This document shows positions 63,428 to 64,000 of a stretch of DNA of 64,000 nucleotides, in pieces (positions within the stretch are counted from its first letter, which is position 1; each line of letters begins with the position of its first letter). This DNA is from a virus (lineage: Duplodnaviria; Caudoviricetes). The stretch spans positions 9,666-73,665 of IMG/VR virus record IMGVR_UViG_3300025398_000635; one strand, written 5' to 3'. The translations under genes were made by a program, and so were the position numbers. The notes below the pieces were generated by a model. It saw only the letters and a list, made by a program, of their open reading frames with translations. It searched no databases and was not told where the DNA came from.

Positions 63428-64000
63428 TTATACAGAGAAAATTGAACTATATGTATAAGTGAATGGGCCAGTATCACTACCAGTATTCAAGTATTGTAGA
63501 ACAAAGCCATATGGAGGTGTTAGACCGCCCACATAAGCATTGCCATTTTGGTCAAGTAACTGTGCAGAAAAACTTAGTTTGACTGCGGTATCATCAGTTG
63601 AGTTATCACTGCCAGCGAAATCAAATTCATCGCTCAGGCTGATTTTTTTATTTGCAACGTCTACACTGATGTTTAATGTACCGCGTCTAGTAAATCCCTG
63701 ACTGCTATGATAGGTATAGTCAACATTATAAGTTACAAATCCACTTGGGCTACCTGCTTGTGTAAGTGTGCCTGCTGACCATGCCACTGGAAGTTTTAAA
63801 AATTGACTTAGAATAAATTTATTTAATGTAATGGTATTGACACCTGACATAGTATATGTACCAAGACCGCTAACCTCTGGAACATATGGTATGGCATAGA
63901 ATGTAGGATTAACGCTATTATCAGGACTGTATAAATCACTGTGTCTATCGCTTACTATATTTTGTACACTATTTCCTGGGGTATTAAAATAAATCTGTGA
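63428..64000 (-). CDS. 3' part of a large gene entering from beyond the window (probably virion structural)
   Basis: Frame open from 64000 through the listed ORF 63428..63850. Confidence 0.65.
   Translation of the reverse strand, partial: SQIYFNTPGNSVQNIVSDRHSDLYSPDNSVNPTFYAIPYVPEVSGLGTYTMSGVNTITLNKFILSQFLKLPVAWSAGTLTQAGSPSGFVTYNVDYTYHSSQGFTRRGTLNISVDVANKKISLSDEFDFAGSDNSTDDTAVKLSFSAQLLDQNGNAYVGGLTPPYGFVLQYLNTGSDTGPFTYTYSSIFSV

Overview
Phage DNA, not cellular: a 64-kb accessory arm of a large, AT-rich, T4-like (myovirus-type) lytic phage. The DnaK, IscU and tmRNA tag look proteobacterial, most likely betaproteobacterial, so that is the probable host (inference). No rRNA, integrase or CRISPR array. 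Left to right: (1) 0.1-16.2 kb, an island of tailoring enzymes: 6 radical SAM proteins, 8 2OG-Fe(II)/cupin oxygenases, a PLP enzyme, two kinase-like folds, an SGNH hydrolase and a GNAT, next to a fibre-like virion gene. (2) 18.6-28.6 kb, a minus-strand array of 25 tRNA genes (two clearly non-canonical), interleaved with HNH nucleases, small ORFs, an RNAP omega-like gene, a parvulin, a Pth2 and four unexplained structured RNAs. The array is headed by a perfect sigma70 promoter, a 36-codon leader using 19 of the 20 amino acids, and an antiterminator/terminator pair. This apparent pan-amino-acid attenuator is the best candidate for an undescribed system. (3) 28.7-33.1 kb, an Agt/PlcP-like lipid-remodelling pair, RimK, rubrerythrin-rubredoxin, a permuted two-piece tmRNA and three coupled basic micro-ORFs. 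(4) 33.3-38.7 kb, membrane genes, a glycosyltransferase and a desaturase. (5) 38.7-46.3 kb, a curli-like module: CsgF, CsgG, two curlin-repeat proteins, FecR (with an overprinted ORF) and a CHASE2 cyclase. (6) 47.6-53 kb, PcyX-like bilin reductase, heme oxygenase, ClpS, Hsp20, DnaK, MazG, an exonuclease and bS21. (7) 53-64 kb, a membrane protein with a likely -1 frameshift, an SleB hydrolase, IscA/IscU, glutaredoxin, and nrdB/nrdA with a free-standing GIY-YIG gene. All calls come from reading motifs by eye; no database searches were run. Coordinates of hand-called small ORFs and RNAs may be off by a few nt.
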